DNA of 64,000 nt, taken from NCBI GenBank assembly GCA_963557785.1, contig CAUWBF010000003.1, positions 101,830-165,829 of the forward strand, read 5' to 3'. Positions 43,401-46,400 of the stretch are shown piece after piece. Position 1 is the first letter of the stretch. The number at the start of each line of letters is the position of its first letter. Both the position numbers and the translations under genes were made by a program. The notes beneath the pieces are model-generated. The model had not been told where the DNA came from, made no database searches, and saw only the letters and a program-made list of their open reading frames with translations. Source of the DNA: an uncultured Clostridia bacterium (lineage in GTDB: Bacteria; Bacillota; Clostridia; TANB77; CAG-508).

Positions 43401-46400
43401 TAATCCTAGTTGTCCATATGCGTTTCCACCTACATTGTATGCTACACCATTTGAATGAATTAATATTGGTGAATAGCTTTGTCCATTTGCTATGTACGCT
43501 ATACCTTCCATATTTACTTTAACTGGTATATGTACTTCTGTAGTATTTCCTGTTCCTAATCTATAATCTGTTGCAGATCCCCAAGCATATACATCTCCAT
43601 ATTCTGTTAATGCCATGCTGGTACCATATCCTGCTCCAATATCTACTATATTTCTTAAACTTTCTGCTCCTGTTGCATCTAATACTTTTGTAGCATACAT
43701 TAAGTTAGTTATATTGTTTTGTCCTAATTGTCCATTGCTATTATATCCCCATGCATATATTTCTCCAGCTGTTGTTAGTGCTAAAACGTGTTCATATCCT
43801 ACAGATATTTTTCTTATACCTGTTAAATATGTATTTTCATCTATTTTTACTTGAGTAGGTCTTGATTGTGTTAGGTTGTTTCCTATACCTAGTTGTCCAT
43901 ATTGGTTTACACCCATAGACCATACAGTTCCATCTTCTTTTAAGATTACAGAGAATCCGTCACCTTGTTCGAATTGTGGAACTGTTATTGCTCCTTCATG
44001 ATTTGAATAAACATTTATGAATGCTTTTACTTGTAAGTTTAGTCTTTCGTTTGTTCCTATAATTGTTGTTTGTCCAATTCCTGTTGCTGTTATAACACCT
44101 GTGTTTGAGTCTACTGTTGCTACATCTTCGTTCCAAGATGTAAATGTCCAGTCTTCTGCTTTTTGAGCATCTTTAATAAACACATTAAATGTGCTTGCTT
44201 GTAAAACATCTAAATCAAATGTTTCTCCTATTTTTAAATATTTTGTTCTTTCATTTAATACTGTTTCTTTGTCATTATATTGATATAAATATTTGTAATT
44301 AGCTACATTAGCTGATACATCAGTTCCTAATTGATTGTAGCTACTGCTTCCACTTACTAATAGTCTACCATCTGTTGTTATTACACCATAGTTTGTTGTT
44401 GAGTCTGCTTGTACTAAATATCTTGCATTCGTAATTTCATTTCCTTGTGAGTCTTTCATTGTTGTAAAAGTAGATAAATTACTTGTATTTCCTTGTGCTA
44501 GTATGCCTGTTGAATTATTTCCTATTGTATAAACTGTATTATTTCCATTAATAAATGTTATATTATCATTATTAGCTGATATTTCATATATATCATTATA
44601 AATCATTGAATTATATATACTTGTATATGAATCATTAATATCATTAATAATTGTTCCTTTTTCATCTAAAAATATATATTTATTCTCACTTGCAGATATT
44701 TTTGATATTCCACATGTTATTGCCTGATTTACATTACTTAAATTATATACATATCCTTGTTTTGTTAATATAATATTTCCTTTAACACTTATTACATCTA
44801 ATTCTCCTATATCTACTGTCTCTGGTTTAGATGTGTAGCCTTTACCAAATTTATATACTTTTCCATCTGCAGTAAGTACTGTTGATGTTGCTCCTGTTGC
44901 ATCTATTTCTTTTATACTTTCTAGTAGTTCCATTTCAATTTCTTTAAATTCAGTTTCAGGTTCTGTTGTTTCTTCTGTTGTAGTATTATTTTCCACTGGT
45001 TCTTCTACTGTAACTTTAATAGTTGTTTTTATTTGTAATTCTGTTGGAGTATTAATATTTTCTGTATTTTCTGTTCCTAATTGTCCATTACTATTATATC
45101 CCCAAACATATATAGTTCCATTTTGAGATAATGCCATTGCATAATTTGTTCCAACTGAAATATCTTTTATATTTTCTAATATTTTTGTTGGTTCTGCTCT
45201 GTTTTCGTTATCTCCTGTTCCTAATTGTCCATAATTATTTTTACCCCAAGTCCATACTGTTCCATCAGATTTTAAAGAAACTGTAAAATTTTCTCCCATT
45301 TCTACTTGTGGTTTAATTCCATTTAAAACATCAACATAAATATATGTATCTGCATCATTTGTTGAATCATGAATTTTTATTTTTGTTCTACCTTCTGCTA
45401 TACCTTTTATAACTCCTTCAGATGTTACTGTAGCTATGTCAGTATTTAATGATTCAAAACTTAAATTTCCTATATCTTTATTTTCTCTATTATTTAATTT
45501 ATTAGTATCAATTGTATAATTCTCATCTACTTGTAATTCAATAGTTTTATCTTCATAATTTAGTGAGCATATATTAGTCTTAGTTATTCTTACATATCCA
45601 TTACCAGTGTGTCCTGTCTCATATCCTCCTGTTGGAGAAGGCATACTTTGCCATCCCCCTAAAGTTGTTCCTAAACTTGTATAATATGATCCTCCACCAG
45701 CTCCAGTATGATAAGAACTATTATGTCCAGTTCCAGCAGATCCTCCTGTGTATCCGCCGCCTCCGCCGCCGACATAATTTGTACCTCCGCCGCCTCCAAA
45801 GCCGCCGTGTACTCCTGAAGTATAACCTAAACCTGTACCTCCGCCGTTTACAAATGAATATCCTGCAGAACCTCCACCAGAATAACTATTATACATTCCA
45901 TTTCCATAGAATCCTCCACCGGCTCCTGCAGTTGATGGGTAACTCCAACCACTATATCCAGCAAATCCTCCTTGTCCTTCTGTTAATTGTCCAACAAAAC
46001 TTGTATTATATCTTGATGACATTCTTGATGCTTGTCCATGATAATATGTTCCACTATAATTATTACCATATGCACCACCGCCACCACCAGCAACTGCTAT
46101 AGGTGTATTATCTTCTGTTGCAATAAAAGTTCCTCCACCACCAGAGCCTGTTGATGCATTTAAACTTTTTCCTTTTTCTCCTACTAATATCTTATAAGTT
46201 GTTTGCTCTGTTATTGTTATTGTACTTCTTGCATATGCACCTTTACCTGATGTATATCCGCTTGTTCCTTGTCCTCCTTGTGCACCCCAAGCTTCAAATG
46301 TATAAGTTCCTGGTTGTAATGTAACTGTTTCAATTTTACCAGAATATTCATAATTATTAACCTCATAATTATTTTCTGTATAAATTAAACTTATTTTTAC

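Larger units (their letters stand above)
8885..45560 (-). repeat. ~25 RCC1-like beta-propeller blocks alternating with ~26 Big_2 Ig-like domains
   Basis: Each ~450-480 aa unit holds a Big_2 motif followed by about seven GxVxxWGxNxxGQLG blades; counted manually from the translation. Confidence 0.88.

Noticed and set aside
8885-45560. Diversity-generating retroelement or shufflon acting on the repeats
   Set aside because: No reverse transcriptase or recombinase in the window and no TR/VR pair differing only at adenines seen; similarity is explained by in-frame domain duplication.
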